Shown piece after piece: positions 62,864 through 64,000 of a DNA stretch of 64,000 nt. The notes under the pieces were generated by a model. That model searched no databases, was not told where the DNA came from, and saw only the letters and a program-made list of their open reading frames with translations. The stretch is from positions 1 through 64,000 of IMG/VR virus record IMGVR_UViG_3300032295_003840. One strand, 5' to 3'. How positions within the stretch are numbered: the stretch's first letter is position 1; each line of letters begins with the position of its first letter. Source of the DNA: a virus. Lineage: Duplodnaviria; Caudoviricetes. The position numbers and the translations under genes are program-made.

Positions 62864-63925
62864 TTATACCTCTAGGATTTTATCAATCATGATGTTGGCA
62901 TTCATGAAACGATCGATGAGGATTTGCTGCTGTTCCTTCAGCAAAGTCAGGAACTGTTCACGATTGTGTACTCTGTGTGTAATAAAGGATTGGATGTTGT
63001 CGCGATTCTCGACATAATTTTCCCAGCTACTGGTCCAATGACTGGGATACTTGAACTCGGGCAAATACATTTCAGCATAGCTGGCACGATCAGGAACAAC
63101 TGGTATGGCACCTGCCAGGGTTCCTTCCATGACACTGATGCCCAGATTTTCATGCAGAGCACAACTAAAAATAATGGCGGCCTGTCCCAGAGTGGTATAG
63201 TAATCGTCTTTGCTGAGATTCATCTTCTGAGTAATAACCAGATTAAGATGGTTAGACAGATCCTCGGCAATCTCAGGTTGCTTATCTGAGTTATAACGAT
63301 GTGGCCACATTACCACAGGATATTTTTCCGCAGACTGTTGTGCAACCAACATGTTGACGATAAAGTCATGCGGCTGGCCAGAACGATATGCTCGTCGATC
63401 AGTATAACTGATGGCCAGGTTTTCAAGAAACATATCTTTGTGAAAGTCTGTGGCAAAGTAATTATAGTCACAGGCATAGTACCAGGCGCGTTCCTGATTG
63501 GAACTCCAGCCTTTGCCCATCTTCATACCCAGGATGTCAGTTGGGTCATAGGCACCTGCATGCCAGATGCCATGAATCTCTACTGGTATGTCCAGCAGAT
63601 CCGACATATAACGTATGGCAGTAATGACAAAGTTCCAGGCATCGGTAACCAGGAACTTATCGCCAGCTTTAATTTTGCCATGACTGAACAGAGCAGCAAT
63701 TTGTTCAACCTGCGTGGCCTTGTAGATGTTGGTTATGCCGAAGTCTAGGAAGGCACCAGTAGTGGTACCCGTCTTGGGTTGCTTGCCGTCTATGGTGACA
63801 ACATTCCAAGGAACGCATTTCTTGTCGGCAATGCGCTGGTTAATTAACTTGGGGATATTTTCATACCACTGCTTGGTATAACGCTGATCAATGGGCTCAA
63901 TGGGTACAATATAAAGTGTTTTCAT
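62864..63925 (-). CDS. GT-B (GT4-like) glycosyltransferase
   Basis: WHAGAYDP, HRYNSDKQP, HENLGISVMEG, PDRASYAEM. Confidence 0.8.
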   Translation of the reverse strand: MKTLYIVPIEPIDQRYTKQWYENIPKLINQRIADKKCVPWNVVTIDGKQPKTGTTTGAFLDFGITNIYKATQVEQIAALFSHGKIKAGDKFLVTDAWNFVITAIRYMSDLLDIPVEIHGIWHAGAYDPTDILGMKMGKGWSSNQERAWYYACDYNYFATDFHKDMFLENLAISYTDRRAYRSGQPHDFIVNMLVAQQSAEKYPVVMWPHRYNSDKQPEIAEDLSNHLNLVITQKMNLSKDDYYTTLGQAAIIFSCALHENLGISVMEGTLAGAIPVVPDRASYAEMYLPEFKYPSHWTSSWENYVENRDNIQSFITHRVHNREQFLTLLKEQQQILIDRFMNANIMIDKILEV

Positions 63926-64000
63926 AATCTCTCAATATCAGATTCAATGCAACGATCGCCATACTGTATTTCAACTACCTTGAGTGGCTTATCAGTTTCA
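63922..64000 (-). CDS. C-terminus of cupin/mannose-6-phosphate isomerase-like protein (partial)
   Basis: ...PLKVVEIQYGDRCIESDIERL*. Confidence 0.6.
   Translation of the reverse strand, partial: ETDKPLKVVEIQYGDRCIESDIERL

Noticed and set aside
1-64000. CRISPR array, stop-codon reassignment, introns or inteins
   Set aside because: No repeat-spacer array and no suppressor tRNA seen; core genes (nrdA, nrdB, gp43, gp41, gp46) are uninterrupted and of normal length in code 11.

Overview
A 64-kb segment of a lytic T4-like (Tevenvirinae/Kyanoviridae-like) myophage genome, almost all on the minus strand. The spanin pair implies a Gram-negative host. Core genes present: nrdA/nrdB, thyX, primase gp61, helicase gp41, uvsX, polymerase gp43, regA, gp62/gp44/gp45, dNMP kinase, CobS/CobT-like pair and gp46/gp47. 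Accessory content: sugar/glycosyltransferase genes, a block of probable capsid-packaged internal proteins (an ADP-ribosyltransferase, a ligase-like protein, a HAD phosphatase and a nucleotidyltransferase), Dps, two tandem LipB-like paralogs, QueD, and an array of 28 tRNA genes covering all 20 amino acids. The most striking observation lies at the head of the tRNA array and is absent from the ORF track. It reads, in order: sigma70 promoter, RBS, a 38-codon leader ORF (46717-46833), mutually exclusive antiterminator/terminator hairpins, and the first tRNA. The leader uses 30 different codons in its first 31 and 19 of the 20 amino acids. This looks like a ribosome-coupled attenuator that samples the whole tRNA pool and would turn on phage tRNA transcription when any tRNA is depleted. 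Several candidate structured ncRNAs sit between tRNAs and in leader regions. All calls come from reading the sequence by eye; no searches or folding programs were run.
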